From an uncultured Actinomycetes bacterium (lineage in GTDB: Bacteria; Actinomycetota; UBA4738; HRBIN12), in NCBI GenBank assembly GCA_963780015.1, contig CAWAAO010000014.1, positions 333,336 through 397,335 of the forward strand: DNA of 64,000 bases. The letters run 5' to 3'. Every line of letters begins with the position of its first letter. The first letter of the stretch is position 1. Position numbers and translations under genes: made by a program. This document shows positions 39,434 through 50,523 of the stretch, in pieces. The notes beneath the pieces were generated by a model, which did no database searches, was not told the origin of the DNA, and saw nothing but the letters and a program-made list of their open reading frames with translations.

Positions 39434-41090
39434 GTCCGATTGCCGTCTCGTCTTCCTCGGGGGCATCGGCGAGGTCGGCCGCAACATGGCCTGTCTCGAG
39501 ATCGACGGACGTCTGCTGATCATGGACGTCGGCCTGTCGTTCCCCTCGGCCGACATGCTCGGGATCGACCTGGTGCTCCCGGACATGGAGTTCGTGCGCG
39601 ACCGGGCCGACGATGTCCAGGCGGTCGTCCTCACCCACGGTCACGAGGACCACGTGGGCGCGCTGCCGTACCTGCTGAAGGATCTCGACCGGCCGGTCCC
39701 CGTCGTCGGCACGGCCTTCACCCTGGAACTGTTGCAGGGCAAACTGGAAGAGCACGGCGTCACCGATCTGGCGGAGCTCACGCTCGCCGAGCCCGGCAGC
39801 GGACTCACCGTGGGCGGGTTCACCATGCGCTTCCTGCACGTCACGCACTCGATCCCCGACGGCATGGCGGTCGCGGTCGACACGCCGTACGGCACCGTGC
39901 TGCACACCGGCGACTTCAAGCTCGATCCCACGCCCATCGACGGATTCGCCACGGACCTGCACGGCTTCGCCGAGGAGGCGGGCCGCGGCGTCCACGTGTT
40001 GATGTCGGACTCGACGAACGCCGAGGAGCCGGGCCACAGCACCAGCGAAAAGACGGTCGGGCCGATCCTGCGCGACATCGTGTCGAACGCGCCCGGCATC
40101 GTGGTGGTGGCGTGCTTCTCCAGCCACATCCACCGCACGCAACAGGTGATCGACGCGGCGGTCGCCGACGGTCGTGTGGTGACGTTCCTCGGCCGATCGA
40201 TGCAGAACTCGGTCGCCGCCGCGCGGCGCCTCGGCATCGTCCGCCTCGACGACCGAGACGTGATCGACATCTCCGAGGTCGACTCGCTCGACCCGGGCCG
40301 CGTGGTGATCATCTGCACCGGGAGCCAGGGCGAGCCCTACTCGGCGCTCAGCCTGATGGCCGCGCGCGAGCACAAGTGGGTCAAGCTCAAGGAGGGCGAC
40401 ACGGTGGTGCTGTCCTCCAGCCTGATCCCCGGCAACGAGCCGGCGATCCACCGCGTGGTCGACTCGCTGTATCGCAGCGGGGCCGACGTGTTCCACATGC
40501 CGTCGGACCCCGTCCACGCGAGCGGGCACGCGGCGCAGGAGGAGCTCCGTCTGTTGATCTCGCTCGTGCGACCGCGTTGGTTCATCCCGGTGCACGGGGA
40601 GCGCCGCCATCTGCAGCACCACGCGCGACTCGCCGAGGAGGTCGGCATCCCGCACGACCACATCCTCGTCTGCGAGGACGGCGACACGGTCGAGATCGGC
40701 GAGCAGGTGTTCAAGGGCGAGCGTGTCCGTGCCGGCATGACCTTCGTCGACGGCCTCGGCATCGGCGACGTCGGGGGAGAGGTGCTGCGCGACCGGCGCA
40801 AGCTCTCGAGCGACGGCGTGGTGGTGGTCGTCGTCACGGTCGATGCCCAGACCGGTGAGCTCGTCGGCGGCCCCGACGTCGTGAACCGCGGGTTCGTCCA
40901 CGAGGAGACCTCCGGCGACATCCTCGAGGAAGCCCGGGCGCGGGTGATCGCCTCCTTCGCGGAGTCCTCCGCGGCGGGCATCACCGACCCGTCTGCCTTG
41001 CAGCAGAACATCCGCCGGGTGCTGAAGCGGTATTTCGTGGACGTCACCCAGCGCAAGCCGGTGATCCTGCCGGTGATCATGGAGGCCTGA
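39426..41090 (+). CDS. rnj: Ribonuclease J
   Basis: Motifs VFLGGIGEVGRNM, VLTHGHEDHVGALPYL and HASGHAAQEEL. Start tentatively TTG 39426, overlapping the dapA end. Confidence 0.92.
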   Translation: MPESDCRLVFLGGIGEVGRNMACLEIDGRLLIMDVGLSFPSADMLGIDLVLPDMEFVRDRADDVQAVVLTHGHEDHVGALPYLLKDLDRPVPVVGTAFTLELLQGKLEEHGVTDLAELTLAEPGSGLTVGGFTMRFLHVTHSIPDGMAVAVDTPYGTVLHTGDFKLDPTPIDGFATDLHGFAEEAGRGVHVLMSDSTNAEEPGHSTSEKTVGPILRDIVSNAPGIVVVACFSSHIHRTQQVIDAAVADGRVVTFLGRSMQNSVAAARRLGIVRLDDRDVIDISEVDSLDPGRVVIICTGSQGEPYSALSLMAAREHKWVKLKEGDTVVLSSSLIPGNEPAIHRVVDSLYRSGADVFHMPSDPVHASGHAAQEELRLLISLVRPRWFIPVHGERRHLQHHARLAEEVGIPHDHILVCEDGDTVEIGEQVFKGERVRAGMTFVDGLGIGDVGGEVLRDRRKLSSDGVVVVVVTVDAQTGELVGGPDVVNRGFVHEETSGDILEEARARVIASFAESSAAGITDPSALQQNIRRVLKRYFVDVTQRKPVILPVIMEA

Positions 41091-41148
41091 GACACCGCCC
41101 GACCAGGCTGCTTGCGCCGGGCGTTCCAGGCGTCAGACTTACGCGCCT

Positions 41149-43506
41149 ATGGCCACGAAGACTTCCCCCTCGCGGCGCTCGTCGTCGCGCGCATCGTCCA
41201 CCCGTTCGAAGACCTCGTCGCGGAAGGCGCCGGCTCGCAAGCGGCCCGCCGCCAAGAAGAAGAAGCCGCCGCGGACGCCCGTCCATCAGATCCTGTCGCC
41301 GCACGCGCGCGATGCCTTCGGGATCTTCCTGGTCGTCGTCGCGCTCGTCGCGGTGCTGGGGCTGTGGTTCGACGGGGCGGGCCCGGTCGGGGACTTCCTC
41401 GGATGGCTGTTCCGTGGCTCGTGGGGCGTGGCCGCGATGCTCTTCCCGTTGGTCGGCGTCTACTGGGGCGTCCTGCTGCTGCGCGACACGGCCCGCGAGG
41501 AGCGCGTCCGTATGTTCATCGGGTTCACGGTGCTGTGCGCCGGCGTCCTCGGGCTGCTGTCGCTGCTCGGCAGCGACCCGGCGCCGACGGCCGGCTACGC
41601 GCTCGTCGCCGCTGCCGGCGGCGTGATGGGCGCGTTGGTCGCCCACCCGCTCGCAAACGTGATCTCCCCGATCGGGGCGGCGATCGTGTGCCTCGGGCTC
41701 ACGCTGCTCGGGCTGCTGATCTTCTCGGGAACCCCGATCGCGACCGCCTGGTCGCACCTGCACGACTTCTTCACCGCCGCCGACGTCGAGGAGGATGACG
41801 ACCCGGCGCCGGCGCAGCTCGTTGTGGAGGAGCCCGCCGGGCCGAAGGTCAAGAAGGAGCGCGTCCGGCACCTGAAGGAGGCGTTCGGCCTTCTCGAGCC
41901 CGAGGGCGACGAGCTCGTCGTCGTGCCGGAGTCGGACCTCGAGTCCGACCTCGACGAGGAATGGGACACCGATGACGCCGACGAGCTCGCGGCCCCGGCG
42001 GCCGTGCGTCGCTCCCGCACCGTGGAGACCGCCGACGGTCCCTACCAGCTCCCGCCGCTGGATCTGCTCCGCGAGGCGCCGCCCTCGACGGCCGACGGTG
42101 CCGACCAGGCGCAGATGCACGAGGCGCTCGAGCAGACGCTTCGCAACTTCGGGGTCGATGCGCACGTCACGGGCGCGCACCGCGGCCCGACGGTCACGAT
42201 GTACGAGGTCGAGGTCGCCGCCGGCACGAAGGTCAACAAGGTGCTGTCGCTGTCCAGCGACATCGCCTACGCGCTGGCCACGCCCGACGTGCGGATCCAG
42301 GCGCCGATCCCCGGCAAGTCCGCGATCGGCATCGAGGTGCCCAACAAGCACCGCGACTTCGTGATGCTCGGCGACATCCTGCGCTCGCCCGCCGCGAAGG
42401 ATGCGACCCACCCGCTCGAGGTCGCGCTCGGCAAGGACGTGCACGGACGGGCGCGTCTGGTGAACCTCGCCAAGATGCCGCACGTGCTGATCGCCGGCGC
42501 GACCGGCGCGGGCAAGTCCAGCCTGGTCAACTCGTTCATCACCTCGCTGCTCGTGCGCACGACCCCCGACGACGTCCGCCTCATCCTGGTCGACCCCAAG
42601 CGGGTCGAGCTGAGCCACTTCGCCGAGGTCCCACACCTGCTCAGCCCGGTGATCGTGCACCCGAAGCGCGCGGCCGAGGCCCTGCAGTGGATCGTGCGCG
42701 AGATGGAGAACCGCTACGAGATGCTCGCCACCGTCGGTGTCCGCGACATCGACGGCTACGAGGAAGGCCTGCGCGACGGCACGCTGCGGATCCCGCCGGG
42801 CCTCGAGCATCAGTACGAGCACATGCCGTTCATCGTGGTCGTGATCGACGAGCTCGCCGATCTGATGATGGTGGCGCCCCGCGACGTGGAGGACGCGATC
42901 TGCCGCATCGCCCAGATGGCGCGCGCGGTCGGCATCCACCTCGTCGTCGCGACGCAGCGCCCGAGCGTCGACGTGGTCACCGGTTTGATCAAGGCGAACA
43001 TCCCCAGCCGGATCGCGCTCATGACCTCCTCGCAGGCGGATTCCCGCGTGGTGCTCGACATGAACGGCGCCGAGAAGCTCGTCGGGCACGGCGACATGCT
43101 GTTCGCCCCCGGCTCGGCCTCGAAGCCGACGCGCCTGCAGGGCGCCTGGGTCACCGAGCAGGAGATCCACGGCATCACCGATTTCATCCGCGGTCAGCGT
43201 GAGGTCGCCTACGACAACATGGTCGAGGGCCTCGGCCTGCCGATGACCGAGGCCGAGCTCGCCTCCGGCGGCGGCGCGGCGCTGGGCTCCGACGACGACC
43301 TGCTCAACCAGGCAGCCGAGCTTGTGATCCGCTCCCAGCTCGGCTCGACCTCGATGCTCCAGCGCAAGCTGAAGGTCGGCTTCGCGCGCGCCGGCCGCTT
43401 GATGGACCTCCTCGAGGAGCAAGGTGTCGTCGGCCCGGGTCAGGGTTCCAAGGCCCGCGACGTGTTGATCACCTACGAGGAGTGGGAAGAGCGCCGCAGC
43501 GCCTGA
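41149..43506 (+). CDS. ftsK: DNA translocase FtsK
   Basis: Ser/Arg/Lys-rich N-terminus and 4 TM helices. Walker A IAGATGAGKSS, Walker B VVVIDELADLMM, gamma domain SMLQRKLKVGFARAGRLMDLLEEQGVVGP. Confidence 0.96.
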   Translation: MATKTSPSRRSSSRASSTRSKTSSRKAPARKRPAAKKKKPPRTPVHQILSPHARDAFGIFLVVVALVAVLGLWFDGAGPVGDFLGWLFRGSWGVAAMLFPLVGVYWGVLLLRDTAREERVRMFIGFTVLCAGVLGLLSLLGSDPAPTAGYALVAAAGGVMGALVAHPLANVISPIGAAIVCLGLTLLGLLIFSGTPIATAWSHLHDFFTAADVEEDDDPAPAQLVVEEPAGPKVKKERVRHLKEAFGLLEPEGDELVVVPESDLESDLDEEWDTDDADELAAPAAVRRSRTVETADGPYQLPPLDLLREAPPSTADGADQAQMHEALEQTLRNFGVDAHVTGAHRGPTVTMYEVEVAAGTKVNKVLSLSSDIAYALATPDVRIQAPIPGKSAIGIEVPNKHRDFVMLGDILRSPAAKDATHPLEVALGKDVHGRARLVNLAKMPHVLIAGATGAGKSSLVNSFITSLLVRTTPDDVRLILVDPKRVELSHFAEVPHLLSPVIVHPKRAAEALQWIVREMENRYEMLATVGVRDIDGYEEGLRDGTLRIPPGLEHQYEHMPFIVVVIDELADLMMVAPRDVEDAICRIAQMARAVGIHLVVATQRPSVDVVTGLIKANIPSRIALMTSSQADSRVVLDMNGAEKLVGHGDMLFAPGSASKPTRLQGAWVTEQEIHGITDFIRGQREVAYDNMVEGLGLPMTEAELASGGGAALGSDDDLLNQAAELVIRSQLGSTSMLQRKLKVGFARAGRLMDLLEEQGVVGPGQGSKARDVLITYEEWEERRSA

Positions 43507-43512
43507 GGTCGT

Positions 43513-43902
43513 CTACAGCGCGCCGACCCGGCGTGCCACCTGGAACATCGTGTCGGCGTGTTGCTGCGGATCGATCATCAACGACCCGGCCGCGCCGACC
43601 TGTGCCTGCCAGTAGCGATACACCGACTCGTGGCTCCAGCCTCGGGCGATCGCGCTCTTGAGGTTGCGCACCATCTCCGAGCCGGGCCAGATCGCCTCGG
43701 GGGCCACGAGGAACCCCCCGCGGCGGCCGTCGATCGACAGCCAGAACGCGCCGATCAGGCCCCAGGTCGCGTCGTCGCGCGCCCCGGAGATCAGCAGGAA
43801 CCGCACCGGGCCCTCGGCCAGCGCGTCCGGCGCGATGATCCGCTCCCGCAGGGCAGCCAGCGGGGAATCGTTTTGGTGCAGCTCCTCATCACGTGCGCGC
43901 AC
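43513..43902 (-). CDS. Hypothetical protein (129 aa)
   Basis: GTG 43902. A coding-like GC3 bias. No family recognised. Confidence 0.55.
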   Translation of the reverse strand: MRARDEELHQNDSPLAALRERIIAPDALAEGPVRFLLISGARDDATWGLIGAFWLSIDGRRGGFLVAPEAIWPGSEMVRNLKSAIARGWSHESVYRYWQAQVGAAGSLMIDPQQHADTMFQVARRVGAL

Positions 43903-44013
43903 GTGCGTTCCCCCCGGTCCTGGATGTTCCCTCGAGGGCGATGCTAGTTGGCCCCATGCTCGGCGTCAGTGTCCGGAGGGCTACTTCTCGCGGCGCGGAG
44001 ACGGCCGAGCGAC

Positions 44014-44556
44014 CTAGGTCCGCCGGGGGATCTCCTCTGCGGTGATCGCGTACATGACGTGGTCGCGCCACGCGCCGTCGATGTGGAGGTAGCGCGGCGC
44101 GAAGCCCTCCTCGCGCCAGCCGGTCGCCGCCAGCAGCGCGCGCGAGGCGACGTTGTCCGGCTGCACGTTCGCCTGCAGCCGGTGCAGCCCCAGCTGGTCG
44201 AAGGCGTGCTCGAACACGAGCGGCATCGCGCCCCGCATCGCCCCGCGGCCCGCGTGGGGGACGAACGCGTAGTAGCCGAGGTAGGCGTTCTGGAACGCGC
44301 CCCGCACGATCTCGGAGACGTTGTAGACGCCGACGAGTTCCTCGGTGTCGTTCCGCGTGACCAGCAGGCAGGACTGGCTGTCCCGCGCCGATCGTTCGAG
44401 ATATGCGGCGAACGCCTCGTCGGTGTCCGGCGCCGTCGTCCACGGCCCGTGGAGCGCACGACTGCGTCGCGCCGCCGCGACGAAGACGTCGCGGTCATCG
44501 GGCACCGGGTGCCGCACCGACATCGCGTCGCCGCGTACGAGCGCGCCCGCGGTCAT
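44014..44556 (-). CDS. GNAT family N-acetyltransferase (RimJ/RimL-like)
   Basis: Motifs VGVYNVSEIVRGAFQNAYLGYYAF, LGLHRLQANVQPDNVASRALL and GWREEG. ATGA overlap with the ppa stop. Confidence 0.8.
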   Translation of the reverse strand: MTAGALVRGDAMSVRHPVPDDRDVFVAAARRSRALHGPWTTAPDTDEAFAAYLERSARDSQSCLLVTRNDTEELVGVYNVSEIVRGAFQNAYLGYYAFVPHAGRGAMRGAMPLVFEHAFDQLGLHRLQANVQPDNVASRALLAATGWREEGFAPRYLHIDGAWRDHVMYAITAEEIPRRT

Positions 44557-45038
44557 CCCTCGTGTCGGGCGCGCGCCTCGGCGATCACACGCTCGGCGGC
44601 GACCCGGTCCTCGAACCCGTCGGTCTGGACCTCGTGGCCCTCGAGGTCCTTGTACACCTGGAAGAAATGCTCGATCTCGTCGAGCAGCGGCTGTGGGATG
44701 CCCTCGAGGCCGTCGACGTGGGACCACATCGGGTCGCGCAGCGGCACGCACAGGACCTTCTCGTCCTCGCCCTTCTCGTCGGTCATGCGGAACAACCCGA
44801 TCGGGCGCACCCGGATGTGGCAGCCCGGGAACGTGGACTCGCCGACGAACACCAGCGCGTCGAGCGGATCGCCGTCGCCGCCGAGCGTGCCGGTGATGAA
44901 GCCGTAGTCCGCCGGGTATTGCATCGAGGTGAACAGCATCCGGTCCAGGTAGACGTCGCCGGTCTCGTGGTCCATCTCGTATTTGTTCCGCGACCCCTTG
45001 GGGATCTCCACGACGACCGTCAGCACGTCCGCGTCCAT
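44553..45038 (-). CDS. ppa: Inorganic pyrophosphatase (family I)
   Basis: Motifs VVVEIPKGSRNKYEMD, YPADYGFI and DGDPLDALV. Confidence 0.95.
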   Translation of the reverse strand: MDADVLTVVVEIPKGSRNKYEMDHETGDVYLDRMLFTSMQYPADYGFITGTLGGDGDPLDALVFVGESTFPGCHIRVRPIGLFRMTDEKGEDEKVLCVPLRDPMWSHVDGLEGIPQPLLDEIEHFFQVYKDLEGHEVQTDGFEDRVAAERVIAEARARHEG

Positions 45039-45097
45039 GGGCGGAGTCTACGGGCACGCCGCTGGCGCCGGGAAGCCCGGGGTAGCATGGGTCGGAC

Positions 45098-45805
45098 ATG
45101 GCCGGCACCATCGGGGTGGGCTCCGCGCTTCGTCGTGCTCGCGAGATCCGGGGCATCACGATCGACGAGGCCGCCCGAGACACGAAGCTTCGCGTCGAGC
45201 AGCTGCATGCGCTCGAGGGCGAAGCCTTCGACGAGCTGGGCGACCCGGTCTACGCCCGCGCGATGCTGCGGACCTACGCGCAGTACCTGGGCCTGAAGCC
45301 GGAACGGGTGCTGTCGGTCTATGCGGAGCACGCCGACGACGTCGAGCCACCGGAGCCCCCGGGCAAGCTCGGGCGGGTGGAGCGCGGACTGGCGGCCAGC
45401 CGCATCCGCGACAACCAGAAGTTCCTGCTGGTCGCGGCGGCGGTCGTCCTGATCGCGCTGATCGCGGTCGGGTTGGTCTCGCGCGGCGGCGCGCCGCCCG
45501 CGGCGACGATCGAGACGCCGGGGACCTCCGCGGTGGTGTCGGCCTCGTCGCCGGCCTCCGGTGTGGATGTCACGGTGGTGGCGACGGCACCGGTCGAGGT
45601 CGCCGCCACGATCGACGGCGCGTCGCAGGCGCCGACCACCCTGCGCCCCGGCGAGTCGATCGCGCTCATGGCGACGGAGGAGCTCGTCGTGACGGCCACC
45701 GACGGCGGCGCCATCACGGTGACGGTCGACGGCCGTGACGCCGGGGTTCCCGGACGCAAGGGCCAGCCGTGGACGGAGACCTACACGCCATCGGGGCGCG
45801 GATGA
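45098..45805 (+). CDS. Helix-turn-helix membrane protein (RodZ-like, HTH plus TM plus DUF4115-like C-terminus)
   Basis: LRRAREIRGITIDEAARDTKLRVEQLHALE, a single TM helix LLVAAAVVLIALIAVGLV, and a beta-rich C-terminal domain. Confidence 0.75.
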   Translation: MAGTIGVGSALRRAREIRGITIDEAARDTKLRVEQLHALEGEAFDELGDPVYARAMLRTYAQYLGLKPERVLSVYAEHADDVEPPEPPGKLGRVERGLAASRIRDNQKFLLVAAAVVLIALIAVGLVSRGGAPPAATIETPGTSAVVSASSPASGVDVTVVATAPVEVAATIDGASQAPTTLRPGESIALMATEELVVTATDGGAITVTVDGRDAGVPGRKGQPWTETYTPSGRG

Positions 45806-46371
45806 GCGAGCCGGCCCCCCGCCACGATCCCTTCGGGTTCGGCTGGCCGAACGTGATCTCGGTCATCCGGATCGCGCTGATCCCCGTGGTCGCGCTGCTG
45901 ATCGTTCGCGACACGGCGGCGGCGCGCTGGGTGGCGACGGCGATCTTCATCGTCGGGGCCGCGAGCGATTTCCTCGACGGCTACCTCGCCCGTCGACACG
46001 CCATGACGACCGCGACGGGCGCGTGGCTGGATCCGCTGTCGGACAAGCTCTTCGTCGCCGTGCCGGCGGTCGTCTTGTCGGTCGCCGGCGACTTCCCCTG
46101 GTGGGCCACGGTGGTGATCATCGCCCGCGAGATCGCGGTGACGTGGCTGCGTTGGCGCCTCGATCAAGGCGGCGGCGTGTCCATGCCCGCGTCGAAGGTC
46201 GCCAAGACCAAGACCGTGGCGCAGCTGCTCGCGATCGGGTTCTCGATCGCGCCGCTGGCCGAACGGTGGGATCCGCTCGTGCTCGCGATCACGATCGTCG
46301 CCGTGGTCCTGACGGTCTACTCGGGCGTCGAGTACTTCATCACGACGCGGCATCGGGTGGCGGCGTCGTGA
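45802..46371 (+). CDS. pgsA: CDP-diacylglycerol--glycerol-3-phosphate 3-phosphatidyltransferase
   Basis: CDP-alcohol phosphatidyltransferase motif GAASDFLDGYLARRH..GAWLDPLSDKL. ATGA overlap with the upstream gene. Confidence 0.9.
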   Translation: MSEPAPRHDPFGFGWPNVISVIRIALIPVVALLIVRDTAAARWVATAIFIVGAASDFLDGYLARRHAMTTATGAWLDPLSDKLFVAVPAVVLSVAGDFPWWATVVIIAREIAVTWLRWRLDQGGGVSMPASKVAKTKTVAQLLAIGFSIAPLAERWDPLVLAITIVAVVLTVYSGVEYFITTRHRVAAS

Positions 46372-47643
46372 GAGCGGAGATCGTCGCGGTCGGCACCGAG
46401 CTGCTGCTCGGGCAGATCGCCGACACGAACGCCCAGTGGATGTCGCAGCGTCTCGCCGAGATCGGCGTGGACGTCGTGCACCACCAGGCCGTCGGCGACA
46501 ACCAGGAGCGGATCGTCGCGACGCTCCGACTCGCCGCCTCGCGCGCCGACGTGGTGCTGGTGTGCGGCGGGCTCGGTCCGACCGAGGACGACATCACCCG
46601 CGACGCGATCGCCGAGCTGGCGGGTGTGCCCCTCGTGTTCCACGACGAGCTCGAGACGATGTTGCGCGCGAAGTTCCGGCGCTGGTCGGCGATCGGCGCC
46701 GATGCCCGAGAGCAACCTGCGACAGGCCTCCGTCCCCGAGGGCGCCCGCTGGATCGTCCCCGATCGCGGCACCGCGCCCGGGCTGGTCGTGCACCTGCCC
46801 GAGGGCGCGCGCGTGTACGCCGTGCCGGGGGTGCCCGACGAGATGCGCGAGATGCTGACCGACCCGATCCTGCCCGAACTGCGCGCGATGGCCGGCGGCG
46901 ACGTGATCGCGTCTCGCGTGCTGCGCGTTGCCGGCCTGGGGGAGTCCGCGGTGGCCGAGCGGCTCGCCGACCTCTTCGCCTCGGCCGAGAACCCGACGAT
47001 CGCGTATCTGGCGTCGATGGGGGAGGTCAAGGTCCGGCTGACGGCGAAGGCGACGACGGCCGAGGGGGCGCGCGCGCTGCTGGCGCCGCTCGTCGCCGAG
47101 GTCGGCGCGCGCCTCGGCGACCTCGTGTTCAGCCTCGAGGACGAGTCGCTGGAGGCGACCGTGCTGCGGCTGCTCGGGGACACACGGCGCACGCTTGCGT
47201 GCGCGGAGTCGCTGACGGGCGGCGGCGTCGGCCAGCGCCTGACGAGCGTGCCCGGCGCGTCGGCGTCGTTCGTCGGCTCCGCGGTCGTCTACAGCACCGA
47301 GGCGAAACGACGGGTGCTCGGCGTCTCCGAGGAGGCGCTCGCGGGCGGCACGGTCACCGCCCGGTGCGCGCTGGCGATGGCGGAGGGAGCGCTCGCTCTG
47401 TTCGAAGCCGACGTCGCGCTCGCGCTGACGGGTGCGGCAGGACCGGAACCGCACGACGGCGCGCCGGTCGGCACGATCTGGCTGGGGCTCGCCGCCACCG
47501 ACGGCACGCGGCACACACGCGGCTTCGTCTCGCGGGGCGAGCGCGACCGGGTCCGGCGCTGGGCCGAGCAGGCCGGGCTCGACCTGGTCCGCCGGTTCCT
47601 CGCCGGCGTGTCGCTGCCGGCGTCCTCGCTGCCGGAGGCATGA
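46368..47643 (+). pseudogene. cinA: Competence/damage-inducible protein CinA (MoCF-binding domain plus NMN deamidase domain; frame break about 46680-46700)
   Basis: AEIVAVGTELLLGQIADTNAQWM..LVCGGLGPTEDDITRDA..LRAKFR continues in the next frame as ..MPESNLRQASVPEGA..CAESLTGGGVGQRLTSVPGAS. Confidence 0.88.
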
Positions 47644-48223
47644 GCGCGCCGGAGCGACCGAGGCTCTTCGTCGCGGTCGAGCTGCCCGAGGACGTGCGCA
47701 CGGCGATCCACGACGCAACGGCGCCGTGGCGCGGATCGCTCCCGGCGCTTCCGGTGGACCCGGCCGGACGCGCTGCACCTGACGATCGCGTTCATCGGCA
47801 ACGTCGACGCCGATCAGGTGGCCGCGATCGGGTCCGCCGTCGAGGCGGCCGCCGCCGCGCTCGCGCCGGTGCCCACCGGGCTGACGCGCTTCGGGATGTT
47901 CCCGGAGCGGGGCGGCGCCCGCGTGCTGTGGGTCGGACTGGACGATCCCGACGGCGGTCTCCGGCGGGTGGCCACCGCGGCCGCGATCGCGCTCGAGGGC
48001 CTTCCTCGAGGCCGACGGGCGTCCCTACCACCCGCACATCACGATCGCGCGAACCCGGCGCCCCGCCACCGTCCCGGCCGCGTTCCACGACGACCCGGTG
48101 CCCGCGGCGCGATGGACGATCGACGCCCTGACGCTGTTCCGGAGCCACCTCGGTGCGGGCGGCCCGCGCTACGAGCGCCTCGGCCGGTGGCACCTGCAGG
48201 CGGGGCGGCCCGAAGTTCCGTAG
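47640..48223 (+). pseudogene. thpR: RNA 2',3'-cyclic phosphodiesterase ThpR/LigT (two frame breaks)
   Basis: Two HxT motifs appear only after shifting frame. RPRLFVAVELPED..GSLPA|FRWTRPDALHLTIAFIG at 47748. AIALEG|FLEADGRPYHPHITIART..LFRSHLG at 48001. Stop TAG at 48221-48223. Confidence 0.85.
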
Positions 48224-48253
48224 GATGCCGCGGCGAGCGAAGGAGGGATATCC

Positions 48254-50523
48254 GTGGCAACGGTTGAGGCTGCCCCCGCCGCCGGGTTCATCCGGCCCGA
48301 TGGCAAGGAGAAGGTCACCGGGACCGGCCGCTACACCGCCGACCTGGCGTTCACCGGCATGGCTCACGTGAAGTTCCGCTACACCGATCACCCGCACGCC
48401 AAGATCCTGCGGATCGACACCGCCAAGGCGAAGGCGCTGCCCGGCGTGGTCGCGGTCGTCGTCCAGGACGACCTGCCCGACGTCCGCTTCGGCGGGTTCG
48501 TGCAGGACCGCTATCTCTTCGCCAAGGATGTCGTGCGTTTCGAGGGAGAGATCATCGCGGGCGTCGCGGCCCTCACCGAGGCGATCGCCACGCAGGCCGC
48601 GCGCGCTGATCGAGGTCGACTACGAGCCGCTGCCGGTCGTCACCGACTACGTGGCCGCCATGGACGCCGGCGCGACGCTGATCCACCCGGGCCTCGACGC
48701 CTACGAGAAGGACGAGAACATCGTGGCCTCGGGCAACACGATGGCCTACCACACGATCGTCAAGGGCGACGCCGACGCCGCCATGGCCGGCGCGGAGGTC
48801 GTCGTGAAGGGCCGCTACGTCTCCGACGCGTCCCAGGGCGTGCCGATCGAGCCGCGCGCGGTGATCGCGCAGTGGCAGGGAGACCAGGTCACGATCTGGT
48901 CCTCGACCCAGGTGCCGTACGCGGCGCGGGCCGGCGTCGCGGCGACGCTGCAGGTGCCCGAGGCCGACGTGCGCATCGTCGTGCCGCTGCTCGGCGGCGG
49001 CTTCGGCGCCAAGTGCGACCTGCACTTCGAGGGCCAGGTCGCCGCGATCGCGCGCGCGGCCAAGCGCCCGGTCAAGCTCGTGTTCTCCCGCGAGGAGGAG
49101 TTCCGGGTGATCGCCCAGCGCCGCGAGGGCATCGCGATGGAGTTCGAGACCGGCGTCACGCGCGACGGGAAGCTGGTCGCCCGCAAGGCCACGCTGGTGC
49201 TCGACAAGGGCGCCTACTGCGGCGAGGGCGGGTTCCTCGGGCAGATGGCGGCGATGCACGCCTGCGGCCCGTACGTGATCGACAACGTCGCCGTCGAGGC
49301 GCACCTCAACTACACGAACAACCAGCCGTCGGGCTCGGTCCGGGCGCCCACCGCACCACAGGTGTGCTGGGGGCTCGAGCAGCATATGGACGAGGTCGCC
49401 GCGGCCATCGGGATGGACCCGATCGAGCTCCGCCGCCGCACGCTGATCGAAGAGGGCGACGAGGGGCCAACCCGCCAGGTGTTCGATCACGTCGGCGTGA
49501 AGGACACGCTCGAGAAGGCCGTCGAGATGATCGGGTACGGCCGCGATCTGCCCGACGACGAGGCGATCGGCGTCGCCGTCGGCTGGTGGCCGTGCATGGC
49601 GGCGCCGTCGGGCGCCTACGTGCAGCTCAACGGCGACGGATCCGGCACGATCATCACCGGCGCCCAGGAGAACGGCACCGGCGCGGTGATGGCGATGCCG
49701 CAGGTACGTCGCCGAGGAGCTCGGGATGCAGCCGCAGGATTTCTCGATCCTGTATCAGGACACCGCCGCGGCGCCCTGGGACATGGGGTCCTGCGGCTCA
49801 CAGACGACGTTCAACAACGGCCGGGCGGTGCTCGACGCCGCCAACGAGGTGCGCGAGGCGCTGCTCGACGCGGCCGCCGACGAGCTGGAAGCCGACCGCG
49901 GCGACCTGGAGCTCGTCGGGGGCAAGGTCGGCGTGAAGGGCTCGCCCGAGCGCTCGGTGTCGATCGCCGATCTCGCGGGCGCCGGCACGATCCACGGCAA
50001 GGGCTCGGGCGTGGTGCCCGACGCCCCGGACTGCGACGCCGGCGGCTGCGTCGGCCGGCTCGGCAACGAGTCGTTCCTCGCACCGCAGCTGATCACCCAG
50101 GCCGCCCACGTGAAGGTCGACCGCGAGACGGGTGTCGTGCGCGTGCTGCGCGTCGCGGCCGCGCACGACTCCGGCCGGATCCTGAACAAGATCGGCGCGG
50201 ACGGCCAGGTCTACGGCGGCGTCGTGATGGGCGTCGGCCTGGCGCTGTCCGAGGGCACGATGCTCGACGACCAGGGCCGCCAGCGGAACCCGCACCTGCT
50301 CGACTACAAGCTGGTGACCTGTTCCGACGCTCCACAGATCGACGTGCAATGGATCGAGTACGACTCGGTCGGGCCGCGCGGCTCCAAGGGCGTGGGCGAG
50401 CCGCCCCAGGTCCCGACCGCCGGCGCGATCGCCAACGCGATCTCCAAGGTGCTCGGCGCGCAGGTGCGCGAGCTGCCCATGACGCCCGAGCGCGTGTGGG
50501 CCACGAACCAGGAGGGACGGCGC
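48254..50523 (+). pseudogene. Xanthine dehydrogenase family molybdopterin-binding large subunit (two frame breaks; no stop before the next domain)
   Basis: FIRPDGKEKVTGTGRYTADL..EGEIIAGVAAL joins LIEVDYEPLPVV at about 48603. Motif LLGGGFGAKCD. GAVMAMPQ|YVAEELGMQ at 49704. Motif SKGVGEPPQVPTAGAIANAI. No form-I CO-dehydrogenase AYxCSFR motif was seen. Confidence 0.85.

Noticed and set aside
41077-43422. A 781-aa ORF on the minus strand. Similar giants include 29860..32163 (767 aa), 23957..26485 (842 aa), 6583..8220 (545 aa), 9893..11371, 49798..51462 and 39288..40901.
   Set aside because: They lie exactly antisense to strongly supported housekeeping genes (ftsK, pnp, infB, tsf/pyrH/frr, dxr, cox-like genes, rnj). 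They are Arg/Gly/Pro/Asp-rich, lack recognisable motifs, and are the stop-poor shadow frames expected in DNA of about 70% GC.
45735-48131. A 798-aa ORF spanning pgsA to thpR.
   Set aside because: It is a chimera of an out-of-frame pgsA read-through, the first third of cinA, an out-of-frame cinA segment and the first part of thpR. Conserved motifs appear only in short segments of it.
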